This document shows positions 1-9,669 of a DNA stretch of 36,279 nucleotides, piece by piece. Numbering within the stretch: the stretch's first letter is position 1; every line of letters begins with the position of its first letter. A program made the translations under genes and the position numbers. The notes beneath the pieces were generated by a model. That model was given only the letters and a program-made list of their open reading frames with translations. It did not search any database and was not told the origin of the DNA. Source of the DNA: a virus (lineage: Duplodnaviria; Caudoviricetes); the IMG/VR virus record IMGVR_UViG_3300050331_000078, positions 1 through 36,279 of that record. One strand, given 5' to 3'.

Positions 1-801
1 TCAGAACAGCCCTCCCATCACGCCAGGCTCGTAGTTGGTGATCACCAGTTCCCGGCTTTCAGTCGGGCTGCCGTGGGCGTTGGCCACGCTGTATTTGATG
101 CCAAGGTCATGCATAGTCAGGCCATCGAAGGCGCGGCGGATGTCGGGATGGTCATTGATGCTGACCATCACCTTTCCCTTGCAGGCCCGCATGGTATCGG
201 CCATCTGCTCGTACTGTTCAAAGCCAAACGGGACGCCGTAGCCTTCCACCTGCCAGTAGGGCGGGTCCATGTAAAAGAAGGTGTGCGGGCGGTCGTAACG
301 CTTCACGCACTCCTGCCAGGATAGATTCTCGATCGTCGTTCCCTGTGCCAGGCGCAGGTGGGCGGCCGATAGGTTCTCTTCGATACGCAGCAGATTGATG
401 GTCGGCGCGGTGGTGGCGGTGCCGAAGTTCTGGCCGTCCACCTTACCGCCGAACGCGTGCTGCTGCAGGTAAAAGAACCGGGCGGCGCGCTGGATGTCGG
501 TCAGCGGCTTGGTATTGGTCTCCTTCAGCCACTCGAACACCTGGCGGCTGCTCAGCGCACACTTGAACTGCCGAACAAACTCTTCCAGGTGGTGCTGGAC
601 GACTCGGTACAGGTTTACCAGTTCGCCGTTGATGTCGTTCAGCACCTCGACGGGAGCGGGCTGGGCCCGCAGGAAGTAGATCGCGGCGCCGCCGCAGAAC
701 ACCTCGACATAGCATTCGTGCTGCGGGAACAGCGGAATCAACCTGTCAGCCAAGCGGCGCTTGCCTCCAAGCCAGGGGATGATCGGTTGTGCGTTTTGCA
801 T
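1..801 (-). CDS. DNA adenine methyltransferase (Dam/D12 class), in the Mu mom position
   Basis: Motifs PWLGGKRRLA, YVEVFCGG, LNDIN and catalytic DPPY. Confidence 0.93.
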   Translation of the reverse strand: MQNAQPIIPWLGGKRRLADRLIPLFPQHECYVEVFCGGAAIYFLRAQPAPVEVLNDINGELVNLYRVVQHHLEEFVRQFKCALSSRQVFEWLKETNTKPLTDIQRAARFFYLQQHAFGGKVDGQNFGTATTAPTINLLRIEENLSAAHLRLAQGTTIENLSWQECVKRYDRPHTFFYMDPPYWQVEGYGVPFGFEQYEQMADTMRACKGKVMVSINDHPDIRRAFDGLTMHDLGIKYSVANAHGSPTESRELVITNYEPGVMGGLF

Positions 802-843
802 CGGTGAGCCCTTTCGTACCGTTAAAAAATCCGCTAGGCTTCG

Positions 844-950
844 CCTGCCGTGACGTCATGGCAGGGGGCCTTGGCTTTGGCTCACAGGTGTGTTCTGTGG
901 GTTAAGGTGGCCGGGGCCATGTTCCTGCATGGCTCCGGTCGCCCTCTCTT
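844..950 (+). ncRNA. Candidate structured antisense RNA upstream of the methyltransferase
   Basis: Hairpins 844-865, 874-908 and 906-943 pair fully on + using 9 G-U wobbles; TAGGCT -10-like box at 835-840; pyrimidine tail after the last hairpin. Confidence 0.55.
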
Positions 951-959
951 ATCTCAGTT

Positions 960-1658
960 CTACCAAACCACCGCCTCGACTGCCGCGACGTCCGCTGCGG
1001 CCTGTACCTGCGCCTTGAGCGTGGCGGCGTGTTCCAGGGCGGCCAGTTTGATTGCGGCGCCGTCGGCGGCGACTTGCTTGAGCTGTGCGGCGGTGTGCAG
1101 GCGGAATTCCTTGACGCCTGCCGCATCGGCGCAGCGGTACGGCAGATTGCTGCCCAGCCCCACCGCACCAATCAGGTTGAGCTGGTCTTCCAGCTCGCTG
1201 TCGTAGGTGTGATGCGCGCCTAGCGCGGAGCTGGTGAAGCCGCCGACGATGGCGGCGCGGCAGGCGTCGTTGATCGCGGCGGTCTTGCTGACCTTGACAG
1301 ACTCCAGCGTAGGCGGCGGCGGATCGACCGCGACCGGATGCCCGCTCGCATCCGCCTGGATGATCTTGCCAGCGGACTGCGCGGCCAGCAGCGCGGCGTG
1401 CTCCGCCTCGGTGATCTCTACGGCGTCGGCCGGTATCTTGCAGGCCGGGTTCGACATCTCGATGGTCGGTGCGATGGCGGTCTCGTCCGGCACGGCGATC
1501 AGCGGATGCGGCGTTCCCTCTGGGTGATCGGCAGGATTCCAGTTGGGATCGGGCACCTCGACGGTAGGCCGCTGCCACGCCGGGTCGATGATGGTCAGGC
1601 GACGAGCGCCGTGAATGTCTTCGATGAAAAAGCTGTTGGTTGATTTTGAATAGAACAT
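960..1658 (-). CDS. Tail fibre assembly chaperone with DUF4376-like C-terminal domain
   Basis: MFYSKSTNSFF..IHG..IPADAVEIT..HAALL N-terminus; GFTSSALGAHHTYDS C-terminal motif; follows the tail fibre gene. Confidence 0.8.
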   Translation of the reverse strand: MFYSKSTNSFFIEDIHGARRLTIIDPAWQRPTVEVPDPNWNPADHPEGTPHPLIAVPDETAIAPTIEMSNPACKIPADAVEITEAEHAALLAAQSAGKIIQADASGHPVAVDPPPPTLESVKVSKTAAINDACRAAIVGGFTSSALGAHHTYDSELEDQLNLIGAVGLGSNLPYRCADAAGVKEFRLHTAAQLKQVAADGAAIKLAALEHAATLKAQVQAAADVAAVEAVVW

Positions 1659-1681
1659 GATTTCGTACCTTTCCTCGTTCG

Positions 1682-2599
1682 TCAGTATCCGATTGCAATT
1701 ACTATGGGTGCGACGTCATTTGGAGTCCCAGCCGCCGTGCAGTAGCAAGTAACCTGTCCAGCACCGCTGGACAGGTGATTCCAAACGGACACCCCGCCGT
1801 TGCCGCTCGCCAGTTTTGTGCCGACATGTGCAAAGAGGGTAGCGCTGGGGAATGTTATAGGCAGGGTCACAGACTGCTGCGCAGCGTTGACGCCGCTCAC
1901 TGTCGAGCCCACCACCCACTGCACAATCAGCCCGCTGGGAAGTTTCTGATACCCGCTTGCGGAGATTAATGCTCCAAACTCCGGCTGAGCATTGATGAGA
2001 TTGGCCGTTCCACCGACCAGCGCCCATCCTGTTGCGCGCGCCACAACACGTGCCGTTGAACCCTGCCCTATATTGAAGGAGGTCACCGTCGTGTTGTTCA
2101 CATAAATCACATCCGCGCCGGCGCGAGATACAGAGTTGGTGGCGGCCACCGCGCCGAAGAATTCAAATTCCGTCCCCGGCACAACAGAAGATAAGGCGGG
2201 AAGGGTCGCGGGCGATGATCCTGCCGTGAAGATGACGAGCTTACCCGCATCGATGGTTCCCAAGGCGGTAGCTGTAGAAATCTCTTTAATTCCAGACCTA
2301 CTTCCAAGCGCACGCTGAACCGCTTCCATCGTCGCGGCCTTGGTGCTGGTGTCGAACTGGGCAGCCGTCTGGAACACCCCAGCAGAACGCAGGGCGGTGA
2401 GCAGCTGCGCCCGGTTGTTCGGGTCGAGCGTGATGCCGGCTGCCTCAACAATTCCGACCAGCTCTTCCTGCAGCATATTCATGATGGCGGCATTGAATTC
2501 CGTAGGAACGATACCCAGCGCCTTGTTGCCGTCCTTCCATCCATGTTTCCCGGCGCCGAACAGGTCGACGGCCTTGTTTGTTGTATCTATGCGATGCAT
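1682..2599 (-). CDS. Tail fibre protein (start revised to MHRID)
   Basis: Mu-type MHRID..N.LQEEL..IVEAAGITLD N-terminus; SGYQKLPSGLIVQW C-terminal domain; GGAGG SD upstream of 2599. Confidence 0.88.
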   Translation of the reverse strand: MHRIDTTNKAVDLFGAGKHGWKDGNKALGIVPTEFNAAIMNMLQEELVGIVEAAGITLDPNNRAQLLTALRSAGVFQTAAQFDTSTKAATMEAVQRALGSRSGIKEISTATALGTIDAGKLVIFTAGSSPATLPALSSVVPGTEFEFFGAVAATNSVSRAGADVIYVNNTTVTSFNIGQGSTARVVARATGWALVGGTANLINAQPEFGALISASGYQKLPSGLIVQWVVGSTVSGVNAAQQSVTLPITFPSATLFAHVGTKLASGNGGVSVWNHLSSGAGQVTCYCTAAGTPNDVAPIVIAIGY

Positions 2600-2610
2600 T
2601 GTTTCCCTCC

Positions 2611-3195
2611 TTAGACGTAAGCGAATAGTGCGGTGGTGTGGGCCGGCTTGTCGCCGTTGATGGCGCATTGCAGCGGCAGGTCTCCCCAGCTCGCGAGCGC
2701 GTCGTTGCAGTTGCCGTTGCAGTTGGCGATGAACGTGCCGCCGGTGCTTGGCAGCTTGAGCGTCCAGACGAAGCAGTCGGCCTCGCTGTAGAGCGCGTCG
2801 TTGCAGTTGTCGTTGCAGGTCATCGGCCGATATTCCTCGATCTCGGCTCCGGTGTAGCCGTAATCGGCCGCGACCGAGAGGAAGTAGGCGCGGCTCTGGC
2901 CGCCGCGCTCGGTGAGCTTGGCTACCAGGGCGGCGCGGCGCTGGTCGATGCTGAGGTCGGTGGAGGCGGCGCAGGAAGACGGCAGCCCGGTGACGCGCTC
3001 CCAGTCGGCGAGCAGATCATAGGTGGCGCGCGGGTCGGCCTCCTCGATGAGCTGCGCGGTGCGCGCATCGATGCGCGCGAATTCCTCTGCGAAGGCGGCG
3101 AGGAGCTGCGTGAGCACGGCATCGCGGTCGCGCGGCCAGGCGGGTCCAGATGGCAATAAAGCCTGGAGCTGGTGGAGGTAGTCGTCAGCGCGCAT
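2611..3195 (-). CDS. Baseplate protein, Mu gp48/YmfQ (DUF2313)-like
   Basis: LQALLPSGPAW, LLADWERVTGLP and KPAHT motifs; follows baseplate J. Confidence 0.9.
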   Translation of the reverse strand: MRADDYLHQLQALLPSGPAWPRDRDAVLTQLLAAFAEEFARIDARTAQLIEEADPRATYDLLADWERVTGLPSSCAASTDLSIDQRRAALVAKLTERGGQSRAYFLSVAADYGYTGAEIEEYRPMTCNDNCNDALYSEADCFVWTLKLPSTGGTFIANCNGNCNDALASWGDLPLQCAINGDKPAHTTALFAYV

Positions 3196-3207
3196 GTGTC
3201 AGCCCTC

Positions 3208-4263
3208 TCATGCCCATGTGATCGTCCCCATCGTGGCGATCTGGCCGGTGGTGTGGGTCACGTCGGCGGCGGGCGCGGTCATGGTGTAGTTGGTCTCTCC
3301 GGCGGCGATGCTGATGGCCTCGCGGATGTGGCTGAGCAGGATGGTGGCGCCAGGCTCGGCCTCGCGGCGCAGCAGGTCGGTGAGCTCGGCCTCGACGGCG
3401 GCCTTGACGGCGGCGGTGTTGGGGGTGACCGCGATGGTGAAGTCCAGCGGCGCGGCCACCGGCGCGACCACGGTCACCTGCGCGGTGACCGGGCGGCGCG
3501 CATCGATGTAGGCCTGCACGGTGGATACCTCGCCGGCATCCGGGATGATGCTGGCGTCGTCGTCGCGCACGAAGCGCACGGTGACGGTACCCACGCCGAG
3601 TTCCTGCGGGTAGCACCAGGCGCGGGTGACGCCCGCGACTTCCAGCGCCCAAGTGACGTAGTCGAACGATGCGCCGCCGTGCGGAGCTTCCTTGAGGCGC
3701 TCCAGCAGGCGCGCGCGCAGGTCGTCGTCGGACTCGGTGTCGGAGCCGCCGGTCAGCCCGCCGCTGGCCACGACGGCCGCGCTGGTGACGCCCGCGATCG
3801 GCGTGGTGAGGGTGACGGCCACGCCGGCGGACGCATTGCCCGCCGCGCCCGCCTCGACCGCCGTGACGGCGGCGGTGATCGTGCCGCCGGAGAGCGTGGC
3901 GTCGGTATCGGTGGTGAACTCGACGCCGTCCGCGCGGATCAGCGCCGTGCCCGCCGGGATCAGCGTGCCGCTGGTGCCGGTGAAGGTGACGTTTCCGGTC
4001 GCGGCTGCGGCCGCCTTGCGCGGCTGATCGAGCCACAGCGTCGCCCAGCGGTCGAGGTACTCGGCCTCGGCGGTGTCCGGGATGACCTGGTCGGCGAGCC
4101 AGGCGATGTGGCCGTGCAGGCCGTGGGAGGCGCCGGCGAGCAGGAGGGAGAGCACGCCGAGATTACTGCGGCGCAGCCCGGCATCCGCGCCGGGCAGCCC
4201 CGCCTCGATGTCGCTCTGCGCGCGATCGATCAGGGTTTGCAGGGATGGGCGTGTGAAACTCAT
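3208..4263 (-). CDS. Baseplate J-like protein (Mu gp47)
   Basis: GGSDTESDDDLRARLL, HGGASFDYVTWALEVAGVTRAW. Confidence 0.93.
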   Translation of the reverse strand: MSFTRPSLQTLIDRAQSDIEAGLPGADAGLRRSNLGVLSLLLAGASHGLHGHIAWLADQVIPDTAEAEYLDRWATLWLDQPRKAAAAATGNVTFTGTSGTLIPAGTALIRADGVEFTTDTDATLSGGTITAAVTAVEAGAAGNASAGVAVTLTTPIAGVTSAAVVASGGLTGGSDTESDDDLRARLLERLKEAPHGGASFDYVTWALEVAGVTRAWCYPQELGVGTVTVRFVRDDDASIIPDAGEVSTVQAYIDARRPVTAQVTVVAPVAAPLDFTIAVTPNTAAVKAAVEAELTDLLRREAEPGATILLSHIREAISIAAGETNYTMTAPAADVTHTTGQIATMGTITWA

Positions 4264-4721
4264 GAGGCGCTCCAGAATTTGTCGAATTTATAACGGGTCG
4301 TCGTGCCGTCCGGCCGGGAGATGTCGATCTGCGCGCCGATCATGCCCGCCGGGTGATTGCGCACGACCCAGGTCTCCACGGTGACTGCCTTGGCCACGCC
4401 GTCGCGTACCATCCACTCCAGCGCCTCCTCGCAGTACTCGCGCACGAGAATGACGGTTTCCGGCAGCAGCTTGGCGGAGGCCAGCAACCACAGACGGCTG
4501 CCCATCCGGTCGTCATCGACATCGGCGTAGGCATCCATCCAGGTGCCGCGCCGGTCGTCAGAACCGCCCGGAACCTTGTCGTCCGGCTCAGCGCGGCGGT
4601 CGGTGAACAGGCTCAGCAGTACGGAGGTCATCAGGCCGTCGTCCTGGGCGAGCAGCATGGACTCGATGGCGTAATCGGCGCCATGCTCCATGTCTATAAA
4701 CACGGTGCGGATATCGCTCAC
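4260..4721 (-). CDS. Baseplate protein, Mu gp46-like
   Basis: VLLSLFTDRRA, GSRLWLL, YCEEALEWMVRDGVA; GTG start overlapping the gp45 stop. Confidence 0.9.
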   Translation of the reverse strand: MSDIRTVFIDMEHGADYAIESMLLAQDDGLMTSVLLSLFTDRRAEPDDKVPGGSDDRRGTWMDAYADVDDDRMGSRLWLLASAKLLPETVILVREYCEEALEWMVRDGVAKAVTVETWVVRNHPAGMIGAQIDISRPDGTTTRYKFDKFWSAS

Positions 4722-5164
4722 TGCGGGCCTCCGGTATTGCTTCCGCCAGCCTGCACACCGCCGTGGACATGGTTCTTGAGACTTATATCTCCGGCGGTGA
4801 TCTGGATGGTGCGCCCGCGCTTGAGCACGATCTTGTCGCCTTCGTCCGTGTAGAGCGCGACCTCTCCGGCCTGCAGCCCCTTGAGGCGGAAGCGCCGGTC
4901 ATCAATCGCGACGATGATGCCGTGGTCGCGGTCGCCAGAGACGCAGGCCATCAACCCCTCCGCGCCCGCCTTCGGCACGGACGTAAAGCCGTAGTCCTGC
5001 ATGCGCTCAACACCGTCGCGCACCTCGCCATCGAGCAGCTTTACCTGCATGAGCTGGATGCCGCCGGCGTCGTTCACGGCGGCGAGCACCGCGCGCGAGA
5101 TCATGAGCCGCACGCGGCGGCGCAGCGGTGCGACCAGCTTGTCGAAGATGGCGGCGATATCCAT
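4718..5164 (-). CDS. Baseplate spike (Mu gp45/gpV-like), short
   Basis: ERMQDYGFTSVP, GEVALYTDEGD and C-terminal HVH metal-binding tip; start placed at MDIAA. Confidence 0.87.
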   Translation of the reverse strand: MDIAAIFDKLVAPLRRRVRLMISRAVLAAVNDAGGIQLMQVKLLDGEVRDGVERMQDYGFTSVPKAGAEGLMACVSGDRDHGIIVAIDDRRFRLKGLQAGEVALYTDEGDKIVLKRGRTIQITAGDISLKNHVHGGVQAGGSNTGGPQ

Positions 5165-6258
5165 CAGAAGACGCTCCATTCTTCGCCGGTCTTTTTGGCG
5201 GAGGCTTTTTTCTCGCGAATCTTGCCCGAGACGCCTTCCGCCTTTTTTCCGACGATCAGGTCGAACGCCTCACGGCCGCACAGCCGCAGTTCGGCGCGCG
5301 TTCCGTTCTGCTCGTCCAGGGTCAGCGCCACAGACGCGATCAGCAAATCGGCATCCACGCCCAGCCAGGGAGAAGTTAGGCGCACCATCGTGTTCGGCTG
5401 CCAGAGCTGGCCGTTCTGCGCGCGCCAACCTTGCACCGTGACGGTGACGCGGCTGCTGCGCCCACGCCGCACGTTGCGCTCCCACGTTGCGCGATCCCGG
5501 TAGGTCGCATGCGGGCCGTGGCTTTCCGCCAGCACGATCAGCGGGCGATAGCGCGCCACACCGCTGTCAGATGCCTCGGCCTTCACCTGGGCGTGCGTTT
5601 CCGGCGTGTCCCAGTTGTCGTCGCTGCCGCGATCCTGTCCCTTGACGATGTATTGCGAGTAGCGCTCCTTCATGCCGAATTCGCCAGAGGCGGAGAGAAT
5701 GTTCACACCCTCCACCAGCTCGGCGACCGGCGTGCTGTCCTTGGCGCGATTGAGCACCAGACCTCCCTTGCCGTCCGAGACAGGTAGCACCGCGCGCATG
5801 CGGCAAGCGCGCTCGATGCACTCGAAGGCGGTCTCGCCCTCCTGGATCGAGTGGGATAACGCATTGCCCAGGTCGGTGACGGAGGTGACGGGAATCTTGA
5901 ACGGCGCGCACAGGTCGCGCACGATCCTGTCCAGCATGGCGTTGGCCCACTGGCCGGATTTGTGGACCGCCGCACAGTCCACCAGGTCGCCCGTCGCATC
6001 GCGGCCGTTCACCTGAAATTCGTGCGTGTCGCCGGTGTAGGATGGGCGCACATCGTCCACCCATCCGGTGATTACGGTCTCGCCGTCGGCGAGCACGCTG
6101 CATGCCTCTCCGCGCCTGATCTGGCGAGGCGTATCCTGCCCCGGCCAGCGTTCCGAAACGCCCAGCTCGAAGCTGCCGGCGATCTGCTCGATACCGCGCT
6201 CGATGCGCGCGGATTTCCACCCGCCATATACCAGGCTGCCGATCTTGATCTCAACCAT
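5164..6258 (-). CDS. Baseplate hub protein (Mu gpP/gp44)
   Basis: YGGWKSARIERGIEQIAGSFEL, GRDATGDLVDC, WQPNTMV. Confidence 0.92.
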   Translation of the reverse strand: MVEIKIGSLVYGGWKSARIERGIEQIAGSFELGVSERWPGQDTPRQIRRGEACSVLADGETVITGWVDDVRPSYTGDTHEFQVNGRDATGDLVDCAAVHKSGQWANAMLDRIVRDLCAPFKIPVTSVTDLGNALSHSIQEGETAFECIERACRMRAVLPVSDGKGGLVLNRAKDSTPVAELVEGVNILSASGEFGMKERYSQYIVKGQDRGSDDNWDTPETHAQVKAEASDSGVARYRPLIVLAESHGPHATYRDRATWERNVRRGRSSRVTVTVQGWRAQNGQLWQPNTMVRLTSPWLGVDADLLIASVALTLDEQNGTRAELRLCGREAFDLIVGKKAEGVSGKIREKKASAKKTGEEWSVF

Positions 6259-7441
6259 CGGTCAGCACCTCCAGCGCCTGCCCGCCCGGCACGAATCCCG
6301 GATGGCGCACGCCGTTGCGCGCCACGATCTCGGCGTCGCGCGACGGGTCTCCGTAGAGCCGGTAGGCCAGCACGATCGCGGGCTGCGTGGCGCGCGGCGT
6401 GTACCCGATCAGGCCGGGCAGGTTGACGCTGCGCGCACCTATATCCTTGACCACCGCGACGCGCAGGTCGGTGAACGCGACATACACGCCATCCGGTGCC
6501 GTCTCGGCCTGCGCGGCGAGCGCATCGGCCAACTGGTCGCGCACGGCGATCGCTTCATCGCGGGTGGCGAAATCCACCTGGCTGGCCGCGCGCGCCGACT
6601 CCACCAGCGCGGTGCGCTGCACCAGGTTGACCACGGCGGCCTGGTTGGCGCCCTGCTGCACGCGCGATGGCGTGGTGGCAGGAACCGCAGGCAACGTCGC
6701 GCCGAAATTCGACAGCGAAGCCGAGGCCGAGCGCGCGGGGCCCGGAGAGAGCAGCCCGTTGAGCGCGCCGATCTGGATGCCGAAGCGGCTGGCCAGATCG
6801 TCCGGCATGCCGATCAGCGACTCTGCCGAGTTGATCATGCGCTCCAGCTCAAACGTGAACGAGGGCAGGATGTTCATGTCCGGCACATACGACTGGATCG
6901 AGCCGCGAATTGCCGAGAGCGCGGCATTCACGTTGGCCAGCGCGGCCGTGCCGACGAAGGCCGGGAAGCCGGACACCTTGAAGCGCTGCGAAAAATCGCC
7001 GCGCACTGCGGACAGGGCCGAATCGGCCACACCGAACACACGCGACGAAGTGTCCACGCGCACCGCAGGGAAGCGGTTTGCGCCCGCCTCGATGAAGGTC
7101 AGCGAGTAACTGGCCAGACCGCCGGCGTCGATATTTTCCGTGGGGCGGCAATCCTGCACCGCCACCTGCATGCGACCGCGCGTCGGGTGCACCAGTTCGC
7201 CTGGGCCGGGCTGCTCGCACGCAGCCTCCAGCCGGTCGCGCCAGGCGATGTAACCGTCGCCATGAACAAAGGCCTCGATGGTGAATTCGCGCGCCTTGCG
7301 CCCCATATCCTCGACATAGGGATCGTCGCGCCCTGGATAGCTGTGCACCACGTTGCGCCGGCCGAGCACGGCCGATGCCGAGCGGAAGCGGAACTCGACG
7401 CCCCGGAAGCTCGCCTTCTGCCATTGATCGCGCCAGCTCAT
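6251..7441 (-). CDS. DNA circularization protein (Mu gpN-like)
   Basis: WRDQWQKASFRGVEF, EDMGRKAR, GELVHP; C-terminal LAYRLYGD..R..EIVARN..HPGFVP. Confidence 0.93.
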   Translation of the reverse strand: MSWRDQWQKASFRGVEFRFRSASAVLGRRNVVHSYPGRDDPYVEDMGRKAREFTIEAFVHGDGYIAWRDRLEAACEQPGPGELVHPTRGRMQVAVQDCRPTENIDAGGLASYSLTFIEAGANRFPAVRVDTSSRVFGVADSALSAVRGDFSQRFKVSGFPAFVGTAALANVNAALSAIRGSIQSYVPDMNILPSFTFELERMINSAESLIGMPDDLASRFGIQIGALNGLLSPGPARSASASLSNFGATLPAVPATTPSRVQQGANQAAVVNLVQRTALVESARAASQVDFATRDEAIAVRDQLADALAAQAETAPDGVYVAFTDLRVAVVKDIGARSVNLPGLIGYTPRATQPAIVLAYRLYGDPSRDAEIVARNGVRHPGFVPGGQALEVLTDG

Positions 7442-9219
7442 TAGTTTCCCGCCGCCATGTAGTTGCCGTTGTGGACGTTAAACCGCACGCCAGGCTGGCT
7501 GGTTTTAACGCTTGCCGATGCGCGGCCGTCCTGGTCGATCTTGATGCTGATCTCTCCGTTCAGCTTGCTCTCCGACTTCATGGTGTTGAGCGCCATCTCG
7601 GCATCCTTGCTGCCGAAGAACTTCATTATCCGCAATGCAATCGTCCCGCCGAGATCGGTATGACCGAGCGCGTACCCCCCGGCAAAAGAGCCAGCCGCCA
7701 CACCACCGGCCGTACCCATCGCGCCAGCGCCCATCATGCGGATCGCCGACAGGTTCGATCCGCCAAGCAGCGCGGCTCCGGTCAGGAACTTGCCGGCTGA
7801 CGTTGCCCCCTTGGTCAAGGCACCCTTGCCCACGCCGACATCCACGCCAGGCAGAATGCCGCCGCCAGGCATGTTGACGACATACACCGGCGTCACGCCT
7901 GCGGCCGCTTCGAGCGCCTTGCCTTCCGCCACGCCGGCTGCGGTGCCGCCAAACCGTTTCGACAGTGCGCCGATCGCCTTTCCGCCGTAGCGCGCCGCGC
8001 CCAGCGTGCCCAGCGTCAGCGCCGCGCCGCCGAGCAGCATGTCCTTGCCATCGAGGCCGAGTCCGCCGTTTTCCTTCTTGTCCATTCCCCACTTGATGAG
8101 GCCCGTAGTGGCCTCATTGATGGGGCGTGCGAAATCGTCTGCCGCATCGCGCAGCGCGGTTCTGAGACGCCCGACCTGGTCGACCGAGTTGTCGATCGCC
8201 TTCGGCAGGTCGCGCGCGATCGTGCCGCCCGCGCCGGATATCTGCGCGGCAAACTGGTTGACCTTGCCGAGCATGTCTCCGGAGAGCAGCACGCGCATCC
8301 CCTTGATCGTGTCCAGGTCGGCATTGCCAAATGCCTTCTGCACGAACAGCGCGCGGTCTTTCTCGGTGCCGAGCTTGTCGTATTGCTTCTTGATGTCGGC
8401 CAGCACTTCCAGCGGATCGCGGCGCTTTCCGTCAGCGCCGAAGAACTTGATGCCGGTGGCTGCCTGCGCATCCTTCATGTAGCGCAGGTTGGTGAACAGG
8501 CGCAGGGTACTGTCGGCCAGCGTGGCCAGCCGTTCCGGCTGGCGCTCGATCTGCGAAAGCCCCTCGATGAACCCCAGCGTCTTGTCGAAGCCGAAGCCCG
8601 CCGCAGCCGCATTCGGGCCGATGCGCGCAAAGATGCTGGACAGGCTTTCCAGCTCCGCATTACCGAGCCTTCCCGCCACGACCATTTTGTCCAGGATGTC
8701 GGAGGCCATCTTCGGCTTGGCCAGGTTAAAATCGAACGAGGTGCCGGCAACGGTAAGCGCGCCGGTGAGGCTATCGGCATTCGCGGCGGTTACCGCCATC
8801 GCCTTGTTGGTGGCGTCGATAACCGGCAGCGCCTCCCGGAAATTCAGCCCGGCCTGCACGGCATTGTTAAAACCTTGCTGCAGGTCGTCCACGCGCTGTC
8901 CGGTCTCTCCGCTCATGCGGAACAGTTCCTTGCGCAGGTTGGCTACGTCAGCCTGTGATACGCCGGCAGTCTGGCCAATCTGCGTCAGGCTCTTGTCCAT
9001 CCTGGCAGACTGCGCGATGGTCGCCACCGCGCCCACCGATACGCCGAGCGAGGCCAGCTTGCCCTCGACCGTATTGAAGGTTCCCTTAAGCGCCTCTAAC
9101 TCGCGCTTCACGTTGCCGGTGAAACTGCGCACGCCGCGCTCGCCGTTCACCAGCCCGGAGACAAACCGGGCGGTGTCGGCGTAGAGCTTCATCGATAGCG
9201 TTAGATCACGGGTTCCCAT
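7441..9219 (-). CDS. Tail tape measure protein
   Basis: 592 aa, Ala/Gly-rich and helical, between chaperone and gpN; VTPVYVVNMPG motif. Confidence 0.88.
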   Translation of the reverse strand: MGTRDLTLSMKLYADTARFVSGLVNGERGVRSFTGNVKRELEALKGTFNTVEGKLASLGVSVGAVATIAQSARMDKSLTQIGQTAGVSQADVANLRKELFRMSGETGQRVDDLQQGFNNAVQAGLNFREALPVIDATNKAMAVTAANADSLTGALTVAGTSFDFNLAKPKMASDILDKMVVAGRLGNAELESLSSIFARIGPNAAAAGFGFDKTLGFIEGLSQIERQPERLATLADSTLRLFTNLRYMKDAQAATGIKFFGADGKRRDPLEVLADIKKQYDKLGTEKDRALFVQKAFGNADLDTIKGMRVLLSGDMLGKVNQFAAQISGAGGTIARDLPKAIDNSVDQVGRLRTALRDAADDFARPINEATTGLIKWGMDKKENGGLGLDGKDMLLGGAALTLGTLGAARYGGKAIGALSKRFGGTAAGVAEGKALEAAAGVTPVYVVNMPGGGILPGVDVGVGKGALTKGATSAGKFLTGAALLGGSNLSAIRMMGAGAMGTAGGVAAGSFAGGYALGHTDLGGTIALRIMKFFGSKDAEMALNTMKSESKLNGEISIKIDQDGRASASVKTSQPGVRFNVHNGNYMAAGN

Positions 9220-9364
9220 TGGTCGGCTTGGTCAGTATTTCCAGGTAGTGGTTAAACTCAGCGGCTGGCAACCCCAGAATCTCCTGGCGCGACCAGCCGG
9301 TTTTAAGCGAGAGCAGCAGGACGCCATCCAGCGCCCCTTTGAGTCTCGCTATACGGCTTCCCCC
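9206..9364 (-). CDS. Frameshift extension of the tail assembly chaperone (gpGT-like, -1 frame)
   Basis: -1 frame is open from the G5 run (9360-9364) to TGA at 9206-9208 and encodes ..LLLSLKTGWSRQEILGLPAAEF..; not in the ORF track. Confidence 0.7.
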   Translation of the reverse strand, partial: GGSRIARLKGALDGVLLLSLKTGWSRQEILGLPAAEFNHYLEILTKPTNGNP

Positions 9365-9669
9365 AGCAGATCGAGCTCCATCTGTTTCTGCCGCAGAGAC
9401 CGGTAGTCGACCGGCTTGAGCTTCTTCAGCATGTTGGTGGTGAACGGCCCGGTGAATTCCTTGCCGTCAGTTGCCGTCACCTTCACCAGCTGGCGCAGCA
9501 TCATCTGCGCGTTGAAGATGACCGGCGTCTCGACACCGCCTCCCTGTTTGGCGGCCTCAAGCTCGGCATCCATCATGTCGCCGACATCCGCCTCGCGCAT
9601 CTCGAATCCGGTATAGCGTGTCTCGCCGATCACCATGCCGTTCTTGAATTTCCCGGTGAGAGCCTGCAT
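9349..9669 (-). CDS. Tail assembly chaperone (Mu gp41-like)
   Basis: Between tube and TMP; FEMREADVGDMMDAE, LKKLKPVDYRSL; ATG overlaps the tube stop. Confidence 0.85.
   Translation of the reverse strand: MQALTGKFKNGMVIGETRYTGFEMREADVGDMMDAELEAAKQGGGVETPVIFNAQMMLRQLVKVTATDGKEFTGPFTTNMLKKLKPVDYRSLRQKQMELDLLGEAV

Noticed and set aside
802-959. Com-like zinc-finger gene upstream of the methyltransferase
   Set aside because: No ORF with paired CxxC motifs is evident on the - strand in this gap.
1682-2599. Diversity-generating retroelement acting on the tail fibre
   Set aside because: No reverse transcriptase and no template/variable repeat pair seen in the window.
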